From Octopus sinensis (Eukaryota): DNA of 64,000 bases. The stretch is from positions 3,534,001 to 3,598,000 of the forward strand of contig NC_043021.1 in assembly GCF_006345805.1 (NCBI RefSeq). Reading direction: 5' to 3'. The position numbers were made by a program, and so were the translations under genes. The notes beneath the pieces were generated by a model that was given only the letters and a program-made list of their open reading frames with translations, searched no databases and was not told the origin of the DNA. Shown here in pieces: positions 1 through 12,222 of this stretch (position 1 is the stretch's first letter; every line of letters starts with the position of its first letter).

Positions 1-1121
1 GTCTGAGATTGCCCTTTTTATAATACTAAACCACCTTTATAATCCTTTGGCGTTCAGATTACCCTATCAAATGTAATGCATGTTTATTTACATTGTTTTC
101 AGTTAATCATGCATTATCTCATAGCTTCAAGGTTTTGACTCTATGATTTCTTTATTCTTAGAATGGCATTATAGGATAGATGCAAGGGGCTGTATCTGGC
201 TGGTTGACCATAAAACAGATAGACTATTTAGGCCAGATATGGCTAGTTTAACCTTTTAGCATTTAAACTGGCCATATCCGGCTAAAAGTATTCTGCCTGT
301 TTTATGTTCAAACTGGCCAGGTCTGGTCTCTCACACCAACCCTACAATATCATCTTTAAAATTAACAGCTACCTCATCGAAATCTCCTAGCTACAAGATA
401 ATGCATGATTAGTTCAAAACAATGTGGATAAAAACGGATTATTTTTGGCAGAATAATGTGAACACTAAAGGGTAAATTCTGAAGGGTTAAATAAAATCTT
501 TATTTAAATTATAATTTTTAGAACCTTTTATGTTCTAAACAACCAAGTTAATAATAACTGTTGTATTGCAAAACACTTCCACTATCATTATTTTTAAGCT
601 TTATTGAAACAGATGTGCAAAGTATGTTATTAGAAATATGATAATAAAATAATTTAATTCACATTAGTTTTGACACTCTGTATAGCTGTTAGGTAAAACC
701 TCACTAACAATAGTTTTTCCTACCCCATATTTTGTCTTCCCCTGTTTTGAAGTGCTAGCAAGGTTGTATTAAGAATGTTGCATCCCATCCACACAGTTCT
801 GGGTTCAGCCCCATTGTACGACTGAAAGAATCCCGTTATGTGTGTGTGTGTGCGTGCATGTATGTTCTTGTTTTGATTTTTACATCATAGCTGTAAATTG
901 AGTTCCAATGTTCTGCAAAGGACATGCCCTGGATAATATCACCTTGCTTGGAAACAAGTGAGGGTTGGTATTAGGAAAGGGGATCTGACCATGGAAAATC
1001 TGCCTCAGTAAACTCATCCAACCCATGCAAGCATGGGAAAGTGAATTTTAAACTGACAACAGTAATCATGTATATCAATATTTTGTCTTTTTTTTTTTGA
1101 TGAAAAAAAACCGTAGCCTCA

Positions 1122-1423
1122 GTGCCGGTGGCACGTAAAAAGTACCATCCGATCATGGCCGTTGCCAGCTTTGTCTGGTCTCCGTGCCGGTGGAACGTAA
1201 AAAGCACCATCCGATCGTGGCCATTTGCCAGCCTCGTCTGGCACATAAAAAGCACCCACTACACTCATGGAGTGGTTGACGTTAGGAAGGACATCCAGCT
1301 GTAGAAACACTGCCAGATCAGACTGGAGCCTGGTGCAGCCTTCTGGCTTCCCAGACCCCAGTTGAACCGTCCAACCCATGCTAGCATGGAAAGCGGACGT
1401 TAAATGATGATGATGATGATGAT
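1122..1423 (+). mobile_element. Family C retroposon-like repeat with (GAT)n tail and 5' tandem subrepeats
   Basis: ggcacgtaaaaagcacc subrepeats, aggaagggcatccagctgtagaaac, ccaacccatgctagcatgg, (gat)n; copies at 1850-2131, 10625-10945 (-), 26857-27056, 41785-42005 (-) and 43926-44231 (-). Confidence 0.85.
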
Positions 1424-3135
1424 TCACTTTCATATAACAGCTTAAAAATCTGCTTGAGAGAGAGAGAGACTGGAATGCTTGAACACAACACAACTGGTTT
1501 CTACTTCTTGGGGACAGAAGTGTGGTTGTGTGATGCTCATGCAATTTCAAACATAAATGTGAAATTGCTAGCTGAGAAATGAAGTCAGGTTGCACACTCT
1601 ACACATGCCTCTCTCGCCTCTTTATTTCTCATGTAACTTAATCATATCCAATGGCAGGTAAAGAGTGTGTATAATCTGGAACAAATTCAAAAACGCTTTG
1701 CTTTCAGGTTTGCTCTTTGTCTTTCTCAAATCAACTGAAAACATATCTTTATAGTAGTGTACTTCAAAAGTTGCAGAAGCTAAGGTGGTTAGGGTGTTTT
1801 AGTCCCCAGGCAAAACTATGATTAAAGGGCATTTCACTCCATGATCTTTTGTAAAAAGCACCATCCGAACGTGGCCAATGCCAGCGCCGTCTTTACTGGC
1901 TTCTGTGCCGGGGCACGTAAAAAGCATCAACCGATCGTGGCCGCTGCCAGACTCCCCTGGCATGTAAAAAGCACCCACTACACTCATGGAGTGGTTGGCA
2001 TTAGAAAGGGCATCCAGCTGTAGAAACACTGCCAGATCAGACTGGAGCCTGGTGCAGCCTCCTGGCTTCCCAGACCTCGTCCAACCCGTGCTAGCACGGA
2101 AGACAAATGTTAAACGATGATGATGATGATGTGTATATATCAGAGACTGCATTATATAACACATCCCTCAAGGAAGATTTGGTTGTTTTTCTTGAACCCC
2201 TTGGTGGCTGGGAATAGTTAGCCTCAGCTCCTGTCAAACCATCCAACCCATGCCAGCATGGAAGGTGGATGTTAAGTGATGATGATGAAGGTAACTGTGT
2301 GATAAGAGGTGGACAATTGAAGGCATGTGTTTGTGGTTAGAGGTAAACTTCAAAACACTGAGGAAGAGAATTATGATAAATGAGGATATTGCAAATGTTT
2401 TAGATATCCAGCTGATATTAAGGTCGATGTTTTTTTGTTTTTTTTTTCTTCATATTTTGACTTTTTTTGCATGACTTGTTGACAGAAATGTTTCACAGTT
2501 GGATACCTTTCAGAATTAGGATAAATAAAAAGGAATAAAACTATACAAAAAACAGTTTGAGGATGAGATAGTATCATTCTCAAGCTGCTATTTATTAATG
2601 AAAAGACAAACTTAGTCAATTGTCATGTGATTGTATGTGTTCGTTTGTTATACAATATAGTTCATATCAACATTTCTTCATTTTAATTAGTTGCTAATTA
2701 CAACTGTATAGAAATTGCTGTTGAATAAAAGCATGTGTGCTTTTTAAATTAGTATTTAAGGTAATGTTATGTGCTCCATGGATTTTATTTTAAGCTTTTT
2801 CTGATACATGAGTTTGTTATTATTAAGGCGGCCACCTGGCAGAATCATTAGCACGTTGGGTAAAATGCTTGGCGGCATTTCATCCGTCTTTACATTCTGA
2901 GTTCAAATTCCGCTGAGGTCGACTTTGCCTTTCATCCTTTTGGGGGTCGATGAAATAAGTACCAGTGTAACTCTGGGGTTGATGTAATTGACAAGGCCCC
3001 TCCCTATAGCAGAAAAGATTATTATTATTAAGGTGGCAAACTGGCAGAACTGTTAGTACTACACAGAGCAAAATGTTTAGCCGCGTTTCATCCATCTCTT
3101 AAGCGTAATACTTAATCATTTACATTTAATGTGAA

Positions 3136-3467
3136 GGAGCATGGCTCTGTGGTTAGAGCGTCGGGCTTACGATCGTGAGGTTGTGAGCTCGAATCCCGGA
3201 CCGGGCTGGGTGTTGTGTTCTAGAGCAAGGCACTTTATTTCATGTTGCTCCAGTTCACTCAGCTGTAGAAATGAGTTGCGACGTCACTGGTGCCAAGCTG
3301 TATCGACCTTTGTCTTTCCCTTGGATAACACTGGTGGCGTGGAGAGGGGAGACCGGTATGCATGGGTGACTGCTGGTCTTCCATAAACAACCTCGCCCGG
3401 ACTTGTGTCTAGGAGGGGAACTTTCTAGGTGCAATCCCATGGTCTGTGTCATGACCGAAGGGGGTCT
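3136..3467 (+). mobile_element. tRNA-derived SINE family D
   Basis: Near-identical to 44643-44978. Confidence 0.88.
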
Positions 3468-6166
3468 CCGAACATTGTTTTAAGTTAATCAAGCATTATC
3501 TTGTAGCTTCAAGACTTTGATGGTGTGATTATTTTTTAGAACGACATTGTAGGGTAGGTGTGAGAAATCAATTTTCTGGCAGGTTTGAACATAAAACAAG
3601 AATATTTGGGCTGGATATGGTTAGTTCAAATACTAAAGGGTTGATAGAACATTGGGCCAATGTGTAATTGGCAGTGATATCAGGAATGGCTGTCTGAATA
3701 AAGCCAAAAGATAAGTGTTGTTTACCTGTGAGGGAGTAGATCAGTCTCGACATCACCTTGGGAGATGCAGAAGGTCTGGCATGAGAGCAGTGGTGGATCT
3801 GGTTGGTTCTATGCATGATCTTGTCTCTGGGATCACTAACTTGGAATGGCACCAGCCAAATCAAGCAAGAGCATGAAGCCAGCCAGCCAGCCAAGAGAGC
3901 AGATCAGTGCTTACTTATTAGTGAAGCAGACTGAGGCAAGCAGAAGCAATATCTTGCTTCTCAAGAGCACTATTAATGACTGCAAGTAAGATTCTGAAAT
4001 TGTGCATAACTTGTGCAGTCACCAGTCTTTATTTATTTATTACTATTTTGTATATATATATATATATATATATATGTATTTTACCACTTACTGTTCAGTG
4101 CATTGAAATAGGAGTGTAGCCAGGTAAGTTGAGGAAGGCAATTACGTGTCTTGCTTAACGAGTGCATACTACTGGTTAGGAAATGTTGTTATAGTCCGGG
4201 AAATATAATTTTAGCATTTTTCAAATTGTGAATGAAAAATCCTAAAGAATTCATCATCATCATCATCGTTTAACGTCCGTTCTCCATGCTAGCATGGGTT
4301 GGATGGTTCGACCGGGGATCTGGGAAGCCAGAAGGCTGCCCCAGGCTCCAGTCTTATCTGGCAATGTTTCTACAGCTGGATGCCCTTCCTAACGCCAAAA
4401 CATATTTCAGTTTCCATCTACCAAATCCACTCACGAGGCTTTGGTCGGCCCGAGGCTATAGAATACACTTGCCCAAGGTGCCACGCAGTGGGACTGAACC
4501 CGGAACCATGTGTTGATAAACTACTTGCCACACAGCCACTCCTGCGCGTATGAAAAATAGCAATGGTGATTATTGCAATCTGATTCTTCTGTTTTACTTC
4601 TTTCTTTAACAAATTAGTATCAACTTTATTGCTTTAATCTGTATTTCCATACTGGAATATGTTGGATGGCTCTCTAGGATAGCATCAAGGATCATTCTTG
4701 TGGAATCTTATCTTATCTTGGTCTTCTAATGTTGATTATTATTTAACATGACCTGGGATACAGCTGGGGGAATTAAGATATCGGCATACACTCTGTCATC
4801 TTGCACTTTTTAAGACCAATTGAATCAAAGAAAAAAAATCCTTACTTGCAAAACCTGTAAGGATTAGTTGAAGGAAGGGTATCTGGCTATAAAATAGTCT
4901 CAAATAAGATTGCATGGAAAACGCATGAACTTCAATTTTTGTTATATCTGTGTGTGTGTTTTTTCATTTTCTTTTTATTTAAAATTTTTTAATTTTTTAA
5001 TTTTTCCCCTGGTAATAGAGAAGTTTGTATCTGAAACAATGCTATTATTGTTCCTCGAAATATCATACCTTAACTCCTTGACCCACTCCTGTTTTCCTTA
5101 ACCTTACTCTGAACTGAAATTCACCCATGTCCAAGTCTCCATTCAGGTTCACCATTCATTCCATTCTCATCTCTGTCTGTCACTCTCCATTCACATTCTT
5201 GCGAACCCAAACACTCACCTAGCTGTCCTTGATTCTCTGTGTCTGTACCCTGAGGGTATGCCCTGACACTTCCTTTTTTCCTACCCCTCTCTCTAATACT
5301 TTAACCTCTCAACATTTGATACAAAACCACCTCCTTTAATTCTGCACCCCTACCTAATCTGTCAAGGGATTTTGTCTTGTAAGTTATTTGGTGACCCTCA
5401 CTTGTGCAGGTACCACAAGGGAAAAGTATCCAATACACCCTGTTAAGTGGTTGGCATTAGGAAGGCACTCAGCCATAGAAACCCTTCCAAAGTATGATTT
5501 GGAGCTCAGTGGAGCTCTCCAGATACTTGGCTCCTGTTAAACTGTCCAATCTATGCCAGCACGGAATGTGGATGTTGAATGATAACTTTTGTAAGTCAAT
5601 GTAATCTCATTTTGCAGACAGGTTAATTGAGTGAGACAACTGGAATTTTGCTTTTTTTGTCTGAGTTAGTGTGGTGAAGAGCTTGAATTTTTCATTTCTG
5701 TATTAATGGTCCAACATCTCAACCCAATTTGCGTTTAGTAAAATTAATTGGAAATGGTAGATTTCATAGTTAACAATTTAATTACTGTTCTGTTGAATGC
5801 ATAATGATTATAACATCTGACATCAAAGTGGATTTATTGAAGTATTCAGCTATCTTGTGTGTTTGAGGTCAGTTTGCTGGCATTGTATGTTTACTTAAGC
5901 TATCTTTGCGATAGTTTTAGCTACTATCTTAGGTTAGCTTTTAAATGCAGTGACACCTCTGTAGTCATGCTAACGATATAAAGTAGTGTGCATGAAACTA
6001 CAACATTGTATGCTCTGTTAGAAGGTGAGGAATAACAGAACACAAAGTGTCAGAAGAAATGGCACTAAGCATTTTGTCCCAAGTACTAAAATAGCTATGA
6101 AGGGAGCTTCAATGTGGTCACTTGACTTACTAGAATTAAGAGTTAATTCTGTAGCAAATCATACCG

Positions 6167-6394
6167 TAACCCTTTAGTGTTCAGATTATTCGGTTAAATG
6201 TAATACTTTTTCACTCAAATTGTTTTGAATTAATCATGCATTATCTTATAGCTTTGAGGTTTCAATGATGTGAATGTTTATTTTTAGAATGGCATTGTAG
6301 GTTAGGTGTGAGAGGCTGGATATCGCCAGTTTGAATATAAAACATGTATAATATACTGGGCCGGATGTGGCCGGTTTAAACACTAAAGGGTTAA
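6167..6394. mobile_element. ~228-bp TTAA-flanked piggyBac-type MITE
   Basis: (T)TAA-CCCTTTAG...CTAAAGGG-TTAA; other full copies at 248-475, 26241-26468, 30163-30391 and 32453-32680, plus several partial copies. Confidence 0.8.
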
Positions 6395-6432
6395 TGCTTG
6401 AAAATGGAAAAGGGCATATATATATATATATT

Positions 6433-6658
6433 TCTTTACTACCCACAAGGGGCTAAACGTAGAGGGGACAAACAAAGACAGACAAAGGGACTAAGTCGAT
6501 TATATCGCCTCCAGTACGCAACTGGTACTTCATTTATCGACCCCGAAAGGATGAAAGGCAAAGTCAACCTCTGCGTAATTTGAACTCAGAATGTAACGAC
6601 AGACGAAATACTGCTAAGCGTTTCGCCCGGCGCGCTAACGTTTCTGCCACCTCGCCGC
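6433..6658 (-). mobile_element. SINE-like family B
   Basis: Reverse complement of the 14626 element; further copies at 35767-35928 (+), 46925-47157 (-), 54427-54648 (+) and 63135-63345 (-). Confidence 0.88.
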
Positions 6659-8230
6659 CATGGCATATAAATATTTCTTTGAAAACATCGATGCATCCCA
6701 TAGAAAATGCTGTACTCCAGTTTGGTCTTCCAGTATTTTCACCCATCACCGTGCAATCATTAGGATCCATTGCAACTCCTTCTGTAAGTAATATCAACAA
6801 CTTTAGTCAGTGTTGTTATTTTAAAGTACCGATAAACATCTGCTCACTCTGTATTGGATTTCTTAGGCATTCCTTTCCTTCCTGCAGGATTGCATGACAG
6901 TATGTGAATATGTGAATAGCCAGTGTTGTTTGCATTGTGTGTTTGTTTCATGGAGTTTCACAGAGTCCTGTGATAAAGTTTATTGATCACTGGGAAATAA
7001 ATTTATCATGAAGGTGTCAGTAATCTTGAAATACATCTAATTAACAATTTATTTTAGGATCTTTTTGTTGCAGTCTTCATTCTGAAATCTCTTAATACAT
7101 CCTGTTTGAGTTTGAGAAATTCTCAAATTCTGATAAGTTTCCTGATAAGGAGTTGATTTTCTTAGTGCGAACTGTTTTGTTGATTAATTTATTTATTACA
7201 GGTTTTATTTATTTTTTACTTAATCTCTAATGGTTTTTAACATAGGCACGAGACGTCGAATTTTGGGGGAAGGATACGGCCCATTAAGATTGGCCTCCGG
7301 TTTCTGGCTGATGCATATTCTATCTCCAGCCTTGGTGGGATCTGAAATCAAAATGTAAAGGACATAGCTAAATGCCATAAGCCATTTTACTGCTCTCAAT
7401 TCTTCACTCGAATCATTAATAGCTTGGTCTACAACTTTAACTCTTTTACTGCAGAAAGCAGTTTTATGTACCAAAATCTTTTGTTGAGGAATGTCATGGT
7501 TTAAACTATTTTCTGTTGAGACGTGTTTAGTTTATTGAGGCAGTGTGACTACCAGAAAATACTGGTTCTATTTATTGGTAGATATTTAACACCATTACTG
7601 GAATAACCATGAAATTTAATTTCACAGTTAAAGTATTAAAGACTAATGAAGTGTAAGTTCCTTGTATTTGATACACAGTTGCGGTTTTATCAATGTAGAG
7701 AATTTCACAAAATAGTTTGAAATATTAAGTTTATATCTAGTTGATCTGTATTTATGTTTTCAATCAAAATGGTTCAACAAGTCTGTGTATACATTTATTA
7801 TGAAGTTATTTATATGTCTGATATATTCTGAGTACATCTACTTTGTTCAGGGTGTCGATTTCACTTTGGTAAAATGGTTAACTGTAGAAATTATATCCAG
7901 ATGTAAAACCTTTCTTCAACAATATGGAGATAAAATTTTTAGGAAAGCCATCTTGTGTGTGCTTGATAAAATACTATATGCTAGGAGTGTCAAATGTACG
8001 TCTCTCAGCAATGTTTGGTCTAGCCCCACCCCCACCCCCTGGTGGGAAGAAAAAAAATTATTAAAAAATTTAAAAACCTTGTGTAATGTGCATGTTACCA
8101 GGGTGCATTTAGGATTGTAGTCTGACAAGAGCTGTCTAATCCCAGTTCTGATGAAGTCAATTCAGTGTATCTCAAGGAATCTTTTAGTTCAATCAATGAA
8201 CAAGAAGCTTATGAATCCATATATAAATAT

Positions 8231-8607
8231 ACTAGCAGTATCGCCCGGCGTTGCTCGGGTTTGTAAGGGAAATAACTATAAAGCATTTTTAGAGAGTTAT
8301 AGCCAAAAAATAGCAAAAAAATGGGGAAAAAATGATGGTAAATTTTTTTTGAGAGTTAAAAAGGTCGAGTTGCGTCCCCTAGACCACCTGTGGTCTGTGT
8401 TTCTGATTGCCGACCCCATGTCGAATTTATCGATCTTTTTCAGAACTGGGGGAACTTTTCAAAATTTTCGCTGCATTAGTTTTGAATTATGACATTGGGG
8501 CTATGTGTGTGTCGAGTTTCATCAGAATCGGTTGAAAGCCGTGGTCAGGGTGAGGGTACAACCTAACAGACACACACAGACAAACTGCCGTTTATATAGA
8601 GAGAGAT
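8231..8607 (+). mobile_element. Non-autonomous Helitron/Helentron-like (HINE/Lep1-type) element
   Basis: 5' actagcagtatcgcccggcgttgctcggg; 3' (ac/agac)n tract then tttatatagagagagat; assignment from recalled family pattern. Confidence 0.55.
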
Positions 8608-9739
8608 GATGTGACCTATTTCTCCTTTACTGTATCTATACAACAGTAAATTGTCTCATGCATATATTCAAGATCTTTGACCAAACACGTCACACTGCCA
8701 GTAATATAATTGAGACCACTAACTCAGCTGTTCTCATAATTCAGAATGCCAGCAATGGGAGCTGTGAGCCATTGATTCTTTGGCTGATAGGTCAATAACC
8801 TGTTACATTTGTTGTAGGAGGCAGCTCTCTGGAATTAGTAAATTATAGATGCATATTCTCGTGTATGATATAATAATCCACATATCTTAACCATTGTATG
8901 GTATTACAACAATCTTTCTTACGCAAATGTTTACTTAAACATGATGCTCTCTCTCTCTCTTTCCATTAATATAGGAACATTTACTATATCTATGTAGTAT
9001 TTATTTAATAAGAATATTTTGAAACAAGAGTCTTTATCTCATTAAGAAATGTTCTATCAGTAGCCACAGATTTTGGAATTCCTTCCTGTTTAGTATTATA
9101 TATTGACGTCATTTTACTGGGCGTGGCATATGCATTTACCCATTACTTAAACCTTATAAGTCATGTATTCTAGTTGAGAAAAGGTTAAGGGTGGCTGGCT
9201 ATTTTGAATCAGAATATACGCATAAAATATTGTCTATAGATGTAACAATCAGCCCATAAACTTTCATATCTTCTACTATAGCTTCAGGCCAACCAGAGCC
9301 TTGTGAGTGGATTTGGTAGATGGAAACTGAAAGAAGCCTGTTGTATGTGTGTAATATGCATTTGTGTGTGTGTTTATGCCCCCATAATTTAGTGGCTTGG
9401 TAAAAGACTGATAGAATAAGTACTAGGCTTACAAAGAATAAGTCCTGGGGGTTGATTACTTCAGCTAAAGCCCTTTAAGGCAGTGCTCCAGCATGGCCAC
9501 AGTCAAATGACTGAAACAAGTAAAAGAACAAAACCCAAAACATTTTATGATAAAATGAATATTTGGTAAATATGTTGAATTGGTAGAAATTTAGGGTGAA
9601 CTTTGGTATGCTATACATCTAGAATGAGGTTTACTGTAATTGTTTTTGCTTTTAATGCTGCTTTCATGAAAATTAAAAGAAAGAATTTAATGAGTACATA
9701 ACTGCCAGTGATGATTTACAGCAAAGGACCATGGGCTCT

Positions 9740-10110
9740 CAACACTACCAATCATGAATGCCCAACAGAAAATGGAACAAATCCTGCTTGACATTACATT
9801 GCAGGACAAGAAAACCAATGCCTGAATTTGACAGCACGTGAGTCAAGGATGACATAAGAACCGTCAAGGAGAACAAATATTGATGGGCTGGTTACATCAT
9901 GCAACTGAAGGACAACAGATGGACAATCAAGGTGATGGAATAAACACCAAGACAATGGACAAAATCAAGAGGCTGACCGAAGACAAGATGACGAGATGAT
10001 CTTACTCACTACTTAGGGCCTACATGGTCATGACTGGTCAGGGAGACACAGCTGTGGAAGGAGTCCAAGAAGGGGTTCTCCTTCAGGAATGATGAAGCCC
10101 TGCTTGAAGT
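9740..10110 (+). mobile_element. Decayed RTE-type LINE 3' end
   Basis: Broken frame LDITLQDKKTN...WAGYIMQLKDNRWTIKVME...SRG*PKTR*RDDL. Confidence 0.7.
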
Positions 10111-10624
10111 TAAGGGTTGACGCTTTACATCTCTTTCTGAGCAGTCCATAAGTACCAGTAATTGTATCAGCTCAATTGTTGACCTTGCATCTCACTCTCT
10201 GGAATTAGTCGAGTGCCTAAATCAAAAATATGTTAATTTGATTATGAAAAGCCAATTTTCTATCACTTTGGATAACATTCTATTTAAAGAAAATATAAAT
10301 TGTTTTTGTACACCAATTATTATTTTTTTAATTTGGTCTTATGCTCATTATTTTTGGAAATTTTTTTTTCTTTTTGTGATTGTATTATAGTTGATATCTA
10401 GATACACAGACAAGTGGTTAGGAAACTTTTCAGCTACCTTTTACCAAAGGAACAGATCTTGCACTTTAAGCATATTAAATAATCACTGCAAATAGCTTGA
10501 CTTTCAATATGGTGTTTCAGAGAGTCAGTGGTGTGTGTACATTAGTTAATTCATTTTCTTGGAGTATAAACTGTAAGCAATCTACTTGCTCATACCTGTA
10601 TATTTGTTGTCATTCTAAACTTCA

Positions 10625-10945
10625 TTCATCATCATCATCGTTTAACGTCCGTTCTCCATGCTAGCATGGGTTGGACGGTTCGACCGGGGATCTGGGAAGC
10701 CAGAAGGCTGCACCAGGCTCCAGTCTTATCTGGCAATGTTTCTACAGCTGGATGCCCTTCCTAACACCAACCACTCCGTGAGTGTAGTGGGTGCTTTTTA
10801 CGTGCCACCTGCACTGGTGCCAGGCGAGGCTGGCAACGGCCACGGTCGGATTGGTGCATTTTACGTGCCACCGTCACGGAAGCCAGTCGGGGCGGCACTG
10901 GCATTGGCCACGATTCGGATGGTGCTTTTTACGTGCCACTGGCAC
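10625..10945 (-). mobile_element. Family C repeat
   Basis: Reverse complement of the 1122 element. Confidence 0.85.
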
Positions 10946-12042
10946 TAGTATATTTCACTTATATATAGTTGATGCTCTTGAGAAAGGAATGAGGTTCCAT
11001 AACCATACGTGTTTATGAAGGTAATCAATATTTTGTTCTAGAGAATAAAGCTTACCAAAAATAGGTCACCGACTGAGAAGTTCGGTTCAGCTAATTCTTA
11101 ACCTTTTAGCTGCTGATCTAGATATTTGTTCAAAAAACTCTACAATGGGTTCTTGGGCAAAATTCCCTCTCCTCATACATGCTCAAAAATTTTTTCCCCC
11201 AAAATGTTTGTACCTGTAGATCTTTGTTTTGTGACTTGGTAACACAAATGAATGGCTAGGGCTGGTGCTGTTATTGTGACATTTGTGCATCATCATCATC
11301 TAAACCATTAGTGACTGCAATGCTATGCAAACTCTTATCAATTGGTGCAGAACCATTTTCGCTTTCCAAATCGCTCTCTTACTAACGGTTCGCTCCTTAT
11401 TGAAGTCTAATATTCGATCTATTGCCTGATCAGCTGATAGTTTTCTCCAGACTTTTTTTTTTTTTTTTTTTTTTTGTGATTTAAATCTGCAAAACATGGG
11501 AAAAATTTCACCCAAATCCACAAGCTTACTTCCCCTTATAAGAGCCATAGGTCATATGAATCAAGGTCTTTGATTGGTCAGAAGGTTGCTAGGTGATTTG
11601 TTTATAAACAAGGACAGTTAACAGTTGTTAGATCTGCTGCTCATATCGTGAGCACTTCAAAACATTGTGGCTGATAATTCAGCCACTTATGTTCAGAGAA
11701 TTAAAGAGCAGACATCTTAAATGGAGCAAGAGTTTTCAAAATAGAGATTCCACATTGGATTTTTTTCAGAATTGTGTAAGATTTTAGTTACAATTTTCAT
11801 AAACATCGTATTTATTGATGGGATGATTTAATTTTAATATTTGCTTGAATTCTTTAGAATATCGTAGAGTCGTCCTACATACATATAAATATATATATGT
11901 GTATATATATATATATATATATAAGTAGATGAGTGTATTTTTACCTTGTTAACAATTAACACGGAAAAAATAAATAAATAGTTACCAGGTCAGCAAAAAT
12001 CTCACAAGTAAAAATGTCTTATTGACGAGTTTCGTTTTTTTC

Positions 12043-12128
12043 ACTTTCCTGAGGAGAAGATTGCATTGTTTATACCATTTATTCTTTTGAATAGTATCAG
12101 TGGAATTTTCGAAACATGTGTCGAAAGT
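12043..12128 (+). ncRNA. Type I hammerhead ribozyme with extended stem II
   Basis: P1 ACTTTC/GAAAGT; core CTGAGGA; P2 GAAGATT/AATTTTC extended by CATTG/CAGTG, ATAC/GTAT and TATTC-TTTT-GAATA; GAAA; short P3 CATGTG; GUC triplet, predicted cut after 12122. Confidence 0.85.
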
Positions 12129-12171
12129 AAAAATATTTGATTACACTTGCGTTAACTCCATTTTTTTTATT

Positions 12172-12222
<51 letters not shown>

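Noticed and set aside
900-1065. Possible twister or HDV-like ribozyme upstream of GGAAGGGCATCC-type motifs in families C and E
   Set aside because: I could not fold the required pseudoknot or core by eye; an Infernal search would be needed.
971-2164. Overlapping ORFs with poly-His runs (also 10658-11018, 26806-27222, 43969-44541)
   Set aside because: They are translations of family C repeats and their (CAT)n tails.
8148-8154. Other CTGANGA cores (8148 +, 8519 -, 22437 +, 28837 -, 45997 +)
   Set aside because: No stem II followed by GAAA and a UH site with a pairing P1.
11090-11548. Possible piggyBac transposase N-terminal relic (RKLSADQAIDRILDF)
   Set aside because: Similarity is too short and no catalytic region is seen.
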